From Candidatus Calescibacterium sp. (lineage in GTDB: Bacteria; DRYD01): DNA of 64,000 bases. The notes beneath the pieces were generated by a model. It did not search any database and had not been told where the DNA came from. It was given only the letters and a program-made list of their open reading frames with translations. Made by a program: the position numbers and the translations under genes. Shown here one piece after another: positions 39,788 through 48,870 of this stretch (positions are counted from its first letter, which is position 1; the number at the start of each line of letters is the position of its first letter). Where the stretch lies: positions 67,185-131,184 of the forward strand of contig JANXBF010000001.1 in assembly GCA_025057615.1 (NCBI GenBank), in the 5' to 3' direction.

Positions 39788-42647
39788 CAAAAATTACTAA
39801 ATACAAATAAATAAGGACTATATTAACACTTAAAATCCACAAAGGGAAAGGTTCATAATAAAATCTTATCACTCCCTTACCTTTATTAACCACCACACCT
39901 TTAGAAAATCCATTGATCCTAAAAATAGTCAAATTTTTACCATTCAATTGAGCTTTCCAACCTCTGTAATACATATCATTAAAAACTACTAAACTATCAC
40001 CATCAGATTCATATAAAACACTTACATAATTGGATTTTTTAGTAACAACCTTTAGTTTGGCCTTAGAAAAATGTCTAGAAAAATCCCTAGCAAATATTGA
40101 CTCATCAATCCCACTAATTAAAGCAGTATCAATAGGATTAAATTTTAAAGTCCAGAAGTAATATTTAATTTCATCTATGTTTCTACAGAAAATTAATTTC
40201 TTCGGAGAGAAAACTATAGGTAAAGCCTGATGATTAATATATAAGTCACCATTCATAAAACTATTACTATACACATATGAATCCCTAACAATATTGTCAA
40301 CAAAATTTGGGGTTTTTAAAGGAAAAGAAAAAACTTTCAAATCCTTTATTTCATAAACCCTCGTGAAGCTATTAAGGGGATATATATGAAGTCTTAAATT
40401 AATAAAATCAGCATTATCATCAGTATTAATCACCATTGGTACTAAACAGTAAACCCACTCATCCTTACCTATATAGTAATCATTTAAAAAATAGTATGAG
40501 AGAGAATTATTATTCTTGTCTTTTAGTTCAACCCCCAAACCATCAGTTAGATTAAAAATTAATCTTCTATATTTATATAGTAATCCAATTTCGTTTACCT
40601 TAGACCTAAAGCAGATAACAAAAATTTTATTTTGCACAGCTGCCTTAAGATCTACAATCAACTTAGAATTATTCTTTAAAGACAGTGTATTATTAATAAA
40701 ATCAAACTTAATACTTTGAGAATCCTTAAAATACTTAAAACTATCTTTTACATTACTGAAATCCAAAGTTTGATAGTCAATAGATCCAAAACCAAAAGAT
40801 CTCAAAGAATCAACAGAAATATATTTATTATAATTCCTATTAAATTCTTGGTTAATAAACAAATATTTAACTGAAAAAGCAGTTAAAACAGAATTATTCA
40901 CTATTAAAAAATAATCATGCGGATGAATAAAACTGCCATTCATCCAAATATTAAAAAACCTCACAAAGTCGAATGGAATAACAGGTTCATAATAATTAAG
41001 CATAGATTTATTCTTAACACCCGGAAAAAGCAGTGGAAAACCCGTAAAATAGCAAATCCTGTAGTTAGAATCCAATCTTTCAATATGAGTCAAATAACTC
41101 TCTATATTTTCTCTTTTTCCCCACCATCCCGAAGTATAAGATGGATTTATATTATAAAAAGTAAACCAACTGTCTAAGAAGAAAATACTAAATAAAACAA
41201 TTACAACATCAATTTTCCTAATTGAAAAAAATGTCACAAAATTCCTAAAGAAATTATAGAAAATGATTATCACAAAAGATAAAATACCTAAAACAAGTGG
41301 GAAATATAAATCATAGCTATTAACCGTTAACTTAGACAAATTCTTTCCAACTTCAGGATTGGTAAAAAACCAAAAAGACGAAAAAAATATAAAAACATAT
41401 GTAAAAAAAGCTATTTTAATAAATCTGAAAAACTCCTTTGTATTACCAAGAATGTAATTAATAGAAATTGGAATAAAAATAGCTTGTATCAAATTAAACT
41501 CCATTAAATGACGAGCTACTATCCTAACTTTTGAGTAAAAAGGAATATCAAATAACAAATAATGGAGAATCAAATTATATTTTCCGAGTGCCAAAACAAA
41601 AATAATTATCCCTAGCAATCCCAATATTCCCAAATAGGTTCTTAATTGGCTATTAAAAATAATCTTTACATAACAAAAAACAGTAAGCGGTAAAGCCCAA
41701 AAAGAAATATAAGATATAAATTCAAAAGATATTGTTCCTGTTGAAGGACCATAATAATTAGGGTTACTAACACTACCACCAAAAATAAACGGAATAACTT
41801 GATTCAATAGAGCATAAATTGGTAAAGAACCCTGATTATAAGTCTCAAAATTTATATGGCTCCTAACAGAAATGTTGGATAAACTTAAAACCTCATAAGC
41901 AAAAAGAAAAATCATTGGAATACTCAATGCCAAACTCAAAAAAAGAACCCATAATAACCTATAATTTGAAAATAACAAAAACAAAAAAAGGAAAATAAAG
42001 GTATATAAAAAAGCTTGTGGGTAGCCAGCTAAAAACTGATATCCCAAACAAATAGACAACCCCCAAATCCAAACAAAATTTTCTCTCAGTCCATCTTTAA
42101 ACCCTTTCCAGTTATCCACCAATTTGTTCAAAAACAACAAACCCAAGGGTAAATAAGGTATAGAATTTTGAAGAGGAACAAAATCAACATGAGAAACCAC
42201 AAACCCACTTAAACCAAAAATAAAACCACTAAAAAAAGAAAAAACCCTACCCAATCCTATCTTCCTATAAATATAATCGGCATAAAGGAAGGCAAAAAAC
42301 TGAGCCAAAACAAAATGAATAAAAATGTTTATATTATAAGCCCAATAAGGATCAAAAAATTTGTACAAAAATAAATTTAAAGGGTAAAGAGCACCAGTCT
42401 GGACTACACCCAAAAATGGTAAACCCAGAGCCTGATAAGGATACCAAAGAGGGAATTCTCCCTCCTTCAAAACCTGGCTATAAAAAACACGTAACGGCAA
42501 AAACTGATTGTAACTATCAGCTGAACCAATAATATGACCCTTTAATGGTAAAAAAAAAATATAAACTAACAAAATATAAACCAGTAAAATATCTATGTTA
42601 AAGATTCTTAAAAAACTTAAAAAATTTAAGAAATTATTACGTATCAC
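39729..42647 (-). CDS. YfhO-family large polytopic membrane protein (putative GT-C-like glycosyltransferase)
   Basis: The protein is 972 aa with many N-terminal TM helices. The C-terminus MYYRGWKAQLNGKNLTIFRINGFSKGVVVNKGKGVIRFYYEPFP plus a terminal TM segment matches the characteristic YfhO C-terminal block. Confidence 0.55.
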   Translation of the reverse strand: MIRNNFLNFLSFLRIFNIDILLVYILLVYIFFLPLKGHIIGSADSYNQFLPLRVFYSQVLKEGEFPLWYPYQALGLPFLGVVQTGALYPLNLFLYKFFDPYWAYNINIFIHFVLAQFFAFLYADYIYRKIGLGRVFSFFSGFIFGLSGFVVSHVDFVPLQNSIPYLPLGLLFLNKLVDNWKGFKDGLRENFVWIWGLSICLGYQFLAGYPQAFLYTFIFLFLFLLFSNYRLLWVLFLSLALSIPMIFLFAYEVLSLSNISVRSHINFETYNQGSLPIYALLNQVIPFIFGGSVSNPNYYGPSTGTISFEFISYISFWALPLTVFCYVKIIFNSQLRTYLGILGLLGIIIFVLALGKYNLILHYLLFDIPFYSKVRIVARHLMEFNLIQAIFIPISINYILGNTKEFFRFIKIAFFTYVFIFFSSFWFFTNPEVGKNLSKLTVNSYDLYFPLVLGILSFVIIIFYNFFRNFVTFFSIRKIDVVIVLFSIFFLDSWFTFYNINPSYTSGWWGKRENIESYLTHIERLDSNYRICYFTGFPLLFPGVKNKSMLNYYEPVIPFDFVRFFNIWMNGSFIHPHDYFLIVNNSVLTAFSVKYLFINQEFNRNYNKYISVDSLRSFGFGSIDYQTLDFSNVKDSFKYFKDSQSIKFDFINNTLSLKNNSKLIVDLKAAVQNKIFVICFRSKVNEIGLLYKYRRLIFNLTDGLGVELKDKNNNSLSYYFLNDYYIGKDEWVYCLVPMVINTDDNADFINLRLHIYPLNSFTRVYEIKDLKVFSFPLKTPNFVDNIVRDSYVYSNSFMNGDLYINHQALPIVFSPKKLIFCRNIDEIKYYFWTLKFNPIDTALISGIDESIFARDFSRHFSKAKLKVVTKKSNYVSVLYESDGDSLVVFNDMYYRGWKAQLNGKNLTIFRINGFSKGVVVNKGKGVIRFYYEPFPLWILSVNIVLIYLYLVIFVILFWRLHSVERNKLQIDY

Positions 42648-42942
42648 CTATTTTTTCTAATACACTTTCAACTTTATATGTTATAGCATCCTCTCTATTT
42701 TTTCTACAATCCATTTTAATCAATACACTAATTCTATTGTTTTCTTTTTCTACTTCTTCTATAGCTTTATGAATAACATCAAAAATTTTTTTCAAATCAT
42801 CAGCTTCCACAATTGTTCCCATCGATGTTAATTGATATTTCAATCCGGAATTCTTAACGATTTTAAATGCTTTGGCAACCTCTTTGGAAACACTTTCTCC
42901 CTTACCTATTGGTGTTATACTCAATAAAGCCAAATAACTCAT
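42637..42942 (-). CDS. MTH1187/YkoF (DUF77, UPF0045) family protein
   Basis: The protein is 101 aa with the ferredoxin-like fold signature LSITPIG...GLKYQLTSMGTIVEA. Confidence 0.65.
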   Translation of the reverse strand: MSYLALLSITPIGKGESVSKEVAKAFKIVKNSGLKYQLTSMGTIVEADDLKKIFDVIHKAIEEVEKENNRISVLIKMDCRKNREDAITYKVESVLEKIGDT

Positions 42943-42945
42943 ATT

Positions 42946-44055
42946 CTACTCACCCACTTTGACACTCTGATTTTCTCTTATAACATCATCAAGTACTTCT
43001 TTAAAAGCCTCTATTATTTGGTTTTCAGGTGCAACTTTCACCATTTTGCCTTTTCTATATATTATTCCTTTACCTTTACCACCAACAACGGCTATATCAG
43101 CTTTTCTTGCCTCACCAGGGCCATTAACAACACAACCCATAACAGCAACAGTAATGTTTTCCTTAACATTTTCCACTTCTTTTTTAACTTTTTCAACCAA
43201 ATCAAACAAATCTACTTCTATTCTTCCACAAGTAGGACAGCTTATAAGCTCAACTCCCCTTTTCTCGTAACCCAAAGATTTCAATATCTCAAATCCAACT
43301 TTTATTTCATCTTCAACAGTTGAAGTCAGGGAAACCCTTATGGTATCACCTATACCATGGTACAGAAGAGTACCTATACCAATAGAGCTTTTAACATAAC
43401 CACTGAGACCACTACCAGATTCGGTAACACCCAAATGCAGAGGATAAGGAACCTTCTCTGCCAAAAGCATATAAGCTGAAATCATATCCTCAACGTTACT
43501 ACTTTTAACAGAAATCTTTATATCATAAAATCCCATATTTTCCAGGATCTGAACCTCATCTACAGCACACTCAACTAAAGCTTCGTAAGTAGGGTAACCA
43601 TATTTCTCTAGATACTTTGGATGCAAAGACCCACTATTAACTCCTATTCTAATTGGTATCCCTTTTGACTTTGCAGCACTGACAACCTTATCAAGTTTTT
43701 CATATCTTGAGATATTACCTTGTGGAGAATCAAGAATATTCCCAGGATTAATTCGCAAAGCATTAATACCAGCTTCAACAGCCATCAAAGCTAACTTATA
43801 ATCAAAATGTATATCTGCAACCAATGGTAAAGGAGATCTCTTTACTATTTCCTTCAGAGCCAAAGCTGCATCCTTGTCAGGAACAGCCAATCTCATAACT
43901 TTAGCACCAGCAGATTTAGCTGCTTTTAGCTGATTGATAACTTCCTCTACATCAGTTGTGGGGCACTTAACCATACTCTGTACCACTATTGGGTTACCAC
44001 CACCTATTGGAACATTACCAATTTTAACAGTTTTAGATATCCTTCTCCTAATCAT
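42946..44055 (-). CDS. ispG: 4-hydroxy-3-methylbut-2-en-1-yl diphosphate synthase (flavodoxin type)
   Basis: KIGNVPIGGGNPIVVQSM, MRLAVPD and the CPTCGR cysteine cluster are present, and the length is 369 aa. Confidence 0.9.
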   Translation of the reverse strand: MIRRRISKTVKIGNVPIGGGNPIVVQSMVKCPTTDVEEVINQLKAAKSAGAKVMRLAVPDKDAALALKEIVKRSPLPLVADIHFDYKLALMAVEAGINALRINPGNILDSPQGNISRYEKLDKVVSAAKSKGIPIRIGVNSGSLHPKYLEKYGYPTYEALVECAVDEVQILENMGFYDIKISVKSSNVEDMISAYMLLAEKVPYPLHLGVTESGSGLSGYVKSSIGIGTLLYHGIGDTIRVSLTSTVEDEIKVGFEILKSLGYEKRGVELISCPTCGRIEVDLFDLVEKVKKEVENVKENITVAVMGCVVNGPGEARKADIAVVGGKGKGIIYRKGKMVKVAPENQIIEAFKEVLDDVIRENQSVKVGE

Positions 44056-44066
44056 AATATTCCCCC

Positions 44067-44747
44067 TTATACCTTTTCAACTATTACAAAAGTTCCCATG
44101 TGTTTTTTTACTCTCACAATGGTTCCTGCAGGTATAGGCGAGCCATCTTCACTTTTTGCCAAAAGTTGTTCCATCTTATCATCCGTACGAATGTTTATTT
44201 TACCAAAACCATCTTCAGGGATATCGTATAACACCTCCGCCTCCTTACCTTCGTAATAATAAGTAGTTTTTACCATACTATAAGTCTTTAAAAATTTCAA
44301 TATCATTCTTATTACATAAATATATGTTGTTCCAGAAAGTATAGCAGAAAGAATGATAGAAGAAAAATCCCTAACTTTGACGGGTAAAAAAGATAAAAGA
44401 TTAAAAGTAATTATTCCAAAAGCTCCAAATAAAGCAGAAATTATCAAAAACGTTGACGGTGATAGAATAAAAGGTGGTGGACCACCAGTGGCATCAGCAA
44501 CACCCGTATCACCTGTGGAAACATCAGCATGGTGAGCACCAACATCACCACCATCGGCAGACCCCACATCACCATGTCCACCCCCACCATCAAAACCTAT
44601 CATGCCCACAAATAACAAAACAAACAAAAGTAAAGAAGAACCAACAGAAATAATAAGATAAGTCCAAATTAAAGAATTAGGAGAATTGCTCAAAAAATAT
44701 GACAACCCAACTATAACAATCAACAAAATGAAGGGTATAAAAAACAT
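44067..44747 (-). CDS. NfeD-like membrane protein (OB-fold C-terminus) with an internal Gly/His/Asp-rich low-complexity loop
   Basis: N-terminal TM segments are followed by GGGGHGDVGSADGGDVGAHHADVSTGDTGVADATGG, further TM segments, and a C-terminal beta-barrel ending GTIVRVKKHMGTFVIVEKV. Confidence 0.55.
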   Translation of the reverse strand: MFFIPFILLIVIVGLSYFLSNSPNSLIWTYLIISVGSSLLLFVLLFVGMIGFDGGGGHGDVGSADGGDVGAHHADVSTGDTGVADATGGPPPFILSPSTFLIISALFGAFGIITFNLLSFLPVKVRDFSSIILSAILSGTTYIYVIRMILKFLKTYSMVKTTYYYEGKEAEVLYDIPEDGFGKINIRTDDKMEQLLAKSEDGSPIPAGTIVRVKKHMGTFVIVEKV

Positions 44748-44761
44748 AAAAAAATCACCCC

Positions 44762-45823
44762 CTAATATGGACTAGCAAGTATTCTCTTAAAGTCATTAAC
44801 TCTAGATGCTTTCAAAAGAGCTTCCTCTTCCTTTATAAGGCCTTTCTTTACAAGCGCCCTGAGAGTATATTCCTGAACTCTGTAACCCTTCTCCCTCTTC
44901 TCAACCATCCTTAAATAAACCTCATTTATATCAGCCTGAGACAAAAATTTCACAAATTCAGGATCATTAAAATAAAAATCGTAAACATACTTTAGATTTC
45001 CATCTGTGGTAGTAAAAAGATTACCAGAAATAACTATTTCCAGAACCATAGATAAGTATCTAAAAACGTTTTGTTTTTGATCTCCAGACATACCTGAAAT
45101 TTTTTCAAAAACAGAAATTATTCCATCCGCATTGATAGTACAAATAACCAACAATCCACTTAATGATAAATCCAAAGCAATTTCCAAATATTCATAGTTT
45201 ATTATTTCTTGGATAGCAACAACATCTGGCTTTAACCTCCTGATTACAGACAAAACATCTCTAATAGTAGAATAATCTTTTCCCACAACAAATTGATATA
45301 CTATCCCTCGGGATTTATAAAATTCTTTTTCTATAAAATCTTCAACAGTAGCAAGCAAAACATCTCTATTTTCAAGTATATATTCTATAGAGGAATTGAA
45401 AATAGTTGTTTTCCCGCTTTTTTTAGGCCCTGCTATTATTATCAGACCTTTATTTTTATTCAAGGCGTCAACGTATTGTGGAGGGAGCTCCAAACTCTCC
45501 AGCTTGATCGACTCAACAGTAGATGGGAAAAATATAACAGCCAATTTACTTTTCTGATAAAAAACTATAGCTCTGAAAGGTAAACCAGTGGAAGTAGTGT
45601 AATTTCCAACCCAGTAACCGTTTTTCCTAAGTTCCAAACGTTCTTTTTCATTTATAAAAATTTTCAATATCTCATCAATTTTCTCTCTATCTATTTTGTC
45701 ATCTATGATATTTTTAGTACGCTGATCCTTATATTTAAGAAAAGGAGGCACATCTTCTATCAAAAAGAGGCTCTCAGCATTCTGCTGAAAAACCATTGTT
45801 AATATTTTATCAAGTATATTCAT
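44762..45823 (-). CDS. pilT: PilT/PilU-family type IV pilus retraction ATPase homolog (divergent)
   Basis: The Walker A motif GLIIIAGPKKSGKTT and the Asp/Walker B motif LATVEDFIE are present. It aligns block-wise with PilT, including the C-terminal L..LVKKGLIKEEEA. The His-box position reads CTINADG, so the conserved His is replaced. Confidence 0.55.
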   Translation of the reverse strand: MNILDKILTMVFQQNAESLFLIEDVPPFLKYKDQRTKNIIDDKIDREKIDEILKIFINEKERLELRKNGYWVGNYTTSTGLPFRAIVFYQKSKLAVIFFPSTVESIKLESLELPPQYVDALNKNKGLIIIAGPKKSGKTTIFNSSIEYILENRDVLLATVEDFIEKEFYKSRGIVYQFVVGKDYSTIRDVLSVIRRLKPDVVAIQEIINYEYLEIALDLSLSGLLVICTINADGIISVFEKISGMSGDQKQNVFRYLSMVLEIVISGNLFTTTDGNLKYVYDFYFNDPEFVKFLSQADINEVYLRMVEKREKGYRVQEYTLRALVKKGLIKEEEALLKASRVNDFKRILASPY

Positions 45824-45846
45824 ACCGTTTTCAATTTTTGGGCATT

Positions 45847-46566
45847 TTATATACCGCCTCTGCCCAGAGAGCGGAACTCATACAGCATCTTTTTAACCTT
45901 CTCATTCACCCAATAATCTATGGATTTCTTATTCTCTAAGCGTTCCCAAATTAAACTTGATGAAATTAAAATAACGGGGATATCAAGCAAAATAAATTTC
46001 TTATCCAAATTCTCCATACCGTAATTTATTATAGTTAACAAGTCCTTATTATGCTCTTTATCTTCTTGACTCAATTTCTCCAATTTTTGTTTCACAAAAT
46101 CAAGAATACTACCCTTTACATGCATTGTATTTATAAGAACAAAAAAATCCACCAATTTAAATATAAGGTCAAAATTTTGCCAATAATAGAAAATCAAACT
46201 ATCTATACCAATAATTAAAAATAACTCATCAGAAGGATAAATATTACGAAAATAATCAACTGTAAAAAAAGTATAAGAATCCAAACTATTTTTAACTTCA
46301 AAATCAGAAACTTTTATCTTATTTTTGTAGATCATATCCCTAATACTCAATTCTATCATTTTTAACCTAACCAAAGGATCAATAATATACTTCCTCTGTT
46401 TATGTACGGGATATTTATTGGGAATAACATATAAAAGGTCAAGCTCCAAATTTTCGACAGAATAGTTTATCACAGTCAAATGCCCAATATGTATTGGGTT
46501 AAATGTTCCTGGATACAACCCTATCCTCATAAAATTTACCCAAAACTCTTTCTCCAACAAATCCAA
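45847..46566 (-). CDS. nadD: nicotinate-nucleotide adenylyltransferase
   Basis: IGLYPGTFNPIHIGHL matches the (T/H)xGH motif. The listed start overlaps the eno 3' end, so the true start is probably internal. Confidence 0.75.
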   Translation of the reverse strand: MDLLEKEFWVNFMRIGLYPGTFNPIHIGHLTVINYSVENLELDLLYVIPNKYPVHKQRKYIIDPLVRLKMIELSIRDMIYKNKIKVSDFEVKNSLDSYTFFTVDYFRNIYPSDELFLIIGIDSLIFYYWQNFDLIFKLVDFFVLINTMHVKGSILDFVKQKLEKLSQEDKEHNKDLLTIINYGMENLDKKFILLDIPVILISSSLIWERLENKKSIDYWVNEKVKKMLYEFRSLGRGGI

Positions 46567-47809
46567 TGTTGTAGAACTCTTCTATTCTTCGCAATTCATT
46601 GTATTTGGAGTTTCTTTCACTTCTTGCAGGAGCACCAGTCTTTATAGAATAACCAACATTGGTAGCTATATGAGATATGGTATTATCCTCAGTTTCCCCA
46701 GATCTATGGGAAATTATAGAAGAAAATCCATTTTCTTTCGCCAAATTTATAGCATTTATAGTCTCAGTTAAAGTACCTATCTGATTCAACTTTATCAAAA
46801 TAGAATTAGAAGCCTGCAATTTTATACCCTTAGACAATCTCTGAACGTTAGTAACAAACAAATCATCTCCAACAATGTTAATCTTATTTCCATATTTCTT
46901 GGTAAATTTAATCCAGGAATCCCAGTCCTCTTCAGCAAATGGATCCTCTATTGAAATAATAGGATACTTCAACAATAGATCATCATATATTTTCATTAGA
47001 TCATCAGAAGAAATAAAACTATCTTGGTATTTATACAAATTTTTAGAATTATCAAACATTGAAGAAGCAGCAACATCAAGAGCTAATAAAACTCTATCAT
47101 TATATCCAGAATCATCTATAGCTTTAATTATGTATTCACAAGCTTGAAAAGGAGTAGAAAAATTGGGTGCAAATCCTCCCTCATCGCCAACGGAAATACT
47201 ATATCCCTCTTTTTTCAAAATTTTCTTCAAAGAATTGTATATCTCACTACCTGCTTTTAAAGCATCTGAAAAACTATCAAAGAAAACTGGACATATCATG
47301 AACTCTTGAAAGTCCAGTTTATTATCAGCATGAACACCACCATTAATTATGTTCATAAAAGGAACAGGTAAGTAATAATCCTTAGAGCCAGTTAATAAGG
47401 TGAGAAACTTGAAAAATGGCATATCAAAAGAGTTGGCCAAAGCTTTGGCCACACTCATAGAAACCCCGAGTATAGCATTAGCTCCCAATTTACTTTTGTT
47501 ATCAGTACCATCCAAATCAAGAAGTTTTTTATCAAACAAAAATAAATCATCAACAATGGTATTAAAAAAATGGTCACGTATGTAGTACACAGATTGTATA
47601 GCTTTATTCAATCCTTTGCCATGAAATTCTTTACCAGAGTCCCTTAGTTCCAAAGCTTCAAATTCCCCGGTGGATGCCCCTGAAGGAACAATAAAACTAC
47701 CATTAAATACTTTCCCATTCTTTTCAACAAAAGCCCAAACCTCAAGAGCAGGATTTGCCCTACTATCAAGCACCCAAAAAGCCCTTAAATCTTTTAAAAC
47801 AACATTCAT
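46499..47809 (-). CDS. eno: enolase (phosphopyruvate hydratase)
   Basis: The N-terminus reads DLRAFWVLDSRANPALEV. The SHRSGETED active-site motif and DDLFVTN are present, and the length is 436 aa. Confidence 0.9.
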   Translation of the reverse strand: MNVVLKDLRAFWVLDSRANPALEVWAFVEKNGKVFNGSFIVPSGASTGEFEALELRDSGKEFHGKGLNKAIQSVYYIRDHFFNTIVDDLFLFDKKLLDLDGTDNKSKLGANAILGVSMSVAKALANSFDMPFFKFLTLLTGSKDYYLPVPFMNIINGGVHADNKLDFQEFMICPVFFDSFSDALKAGSEIYNSLKKILKKEGYSISVGDEGGFAPNFSTPFQACEYIIKAIDDSGYNDRVLLALDVAASSMFDNSKNLYKYQDSFISSDDLMKIYDDLLLKYPIISIEDPFAEEDWDSWIKFTKKYGNKINIVGDDLFVTNVQRLSKGIKLQASNSILIKLNQIGTLTETINAINLAKENGFSSIISHRSGETEDNTISHIATNVGYSIKTGAPARSERNSKYNELRRIEEFYNIGFVGERVLGKFYEDRVVSRNI

Positions 47810-47811
47810 AA

Positions 47812-48870
47812 TTATACCTCCCTTAATAATTCTTCTATTTCTCTTGACAATAATTTTCCCAACTTGGAGCTCGCTGCCTTAAGCTTCTGTCTTATTCTTT
47901 CTTTTGAATATTTCTTACCGAAAACTGAAAATATTATATCTCTTATCTGTTCAAGCGTTTTATTATTACTATCTAACAATCCATAGTACTCAAGTATAAT
48001 TATTTTTTCTTCATCATCCAAAAAATTCATGATACTCTTTATTATATTTTCTTTAATTATCCTCTGATTCAAATTAAATTCAGGCTCATCATATGATTTA
48101 TTTTCAATAAACTCTTCAACAGTTCTTGAACTATCAGAAAACCTAAACTCCTGTAAAGATATTTCACTTTTTAATGACATAAATCCAGATATTCTAGAAT
48201 ACTTATCTTTTAATTCAGAGATTTTCAGATTATATATCTTTTTGAAAATATCATCTTTTTCAGAGAGCTGAGGATTTTCGTTTTTTATTTTTTGTTTTAT
48301 TTCATCACCATATATGTATTCCACTAATTCCACCAAACTGGGCTTAGTATTGTATTTATGTACATATTCATTATAAGCTCTAATAAATTTAGAGTATTCA
48401 GAATAGATAGATAGTGGGACTCTTACCGTAGTATCTTGATAGGTATTCTTCACTAAAGAATGGTATATCCAATAGGCAGCATAGGTAGAAAACCTGACAT
48501 CATATTTCGTTAAGTCGTAACGTTGGATAGCTTCCAAAGCAGCAGCAATTCCCTCAGAAATGTAATCAAAGTAATCACCTTTAGTATTAACAAGTGTTCT
48601 ATAAATTTTTATAATATATGGAAAAACAAGAGAAATAAGTATAATTTTGGCTTCCATTCTGCCACCTTTAGCTTCCTTAATTATTTTTAATTCCTCTTCT
48701 CTAGATATACTTTTAAAGTTTTTATAATTTTCAAGAGCCCAGCTATAATCACTAAAAGAGCCCACCTTAATTTTTAGATACAAATTCTCAACATCAACAT
48801 CATCATAATTAAAAATATTTTTTTTAGGCAAATTTTCTGAGTTTTTCCTGGATCTCTCTGGTTTTCTCAT
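47812..48870 (-). CDS. sigma-70 family RNA polymerase sigma factor, short and divergent, linked to dnaG (putative primary sigma)
   Basis: Region 2 (FSTYAAYWIYHSL) and region 4.2 (TLEQIRDIIF...SKERIRQKLKAA) are present. The gene is co-oriented with and overlaps dnaG, as in a classical dnaG-rpoD operon. Confidence 0.6.
   Translation of the reverse strand: MRKPERSRKNSENLPKKNIFNYDDVDVENLYLKIKVGSFSDYSWALENYKNFKSISREEELKIIKEAKGGRMEAKIILISLVFPYIIKIYRTLVNTKGDYFDYISEGIAAALEAIQRYDLTKYDVRFSTYAAYWIYHSLVKNTYQDTTVRVPLSIYSEYSKFIRAYNEYVHKYNTKPSLVELVEYIYGDEIKQKIKNENPQLSEKDDIFKKIYNLKISELKDKYSRISGFMSLKSEISLQEFRFSDSSRTVEEFIENKSYDEPEFNLNQRIIKENIIKSIMNFLDDEEKIIILEYYGLLDSNNKTLEQIRDIIFSVFGKKYSKERIRQKLKAASSKLGKLLSREIEELLREV

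Noticed and set aside
45850-45885. GC-rich hairpin CCGCtCTCTG-GG-CAGAGGCGG at the 3' end of nadD as a terminator
   Set aside because: It lies inside the nadD coding sequence and encodes ...RSLGRGGI. It is not followed by a U-run, and the downstream pilT-like gene starts 24 nt later, so it is more likely to be coding than regulatory.
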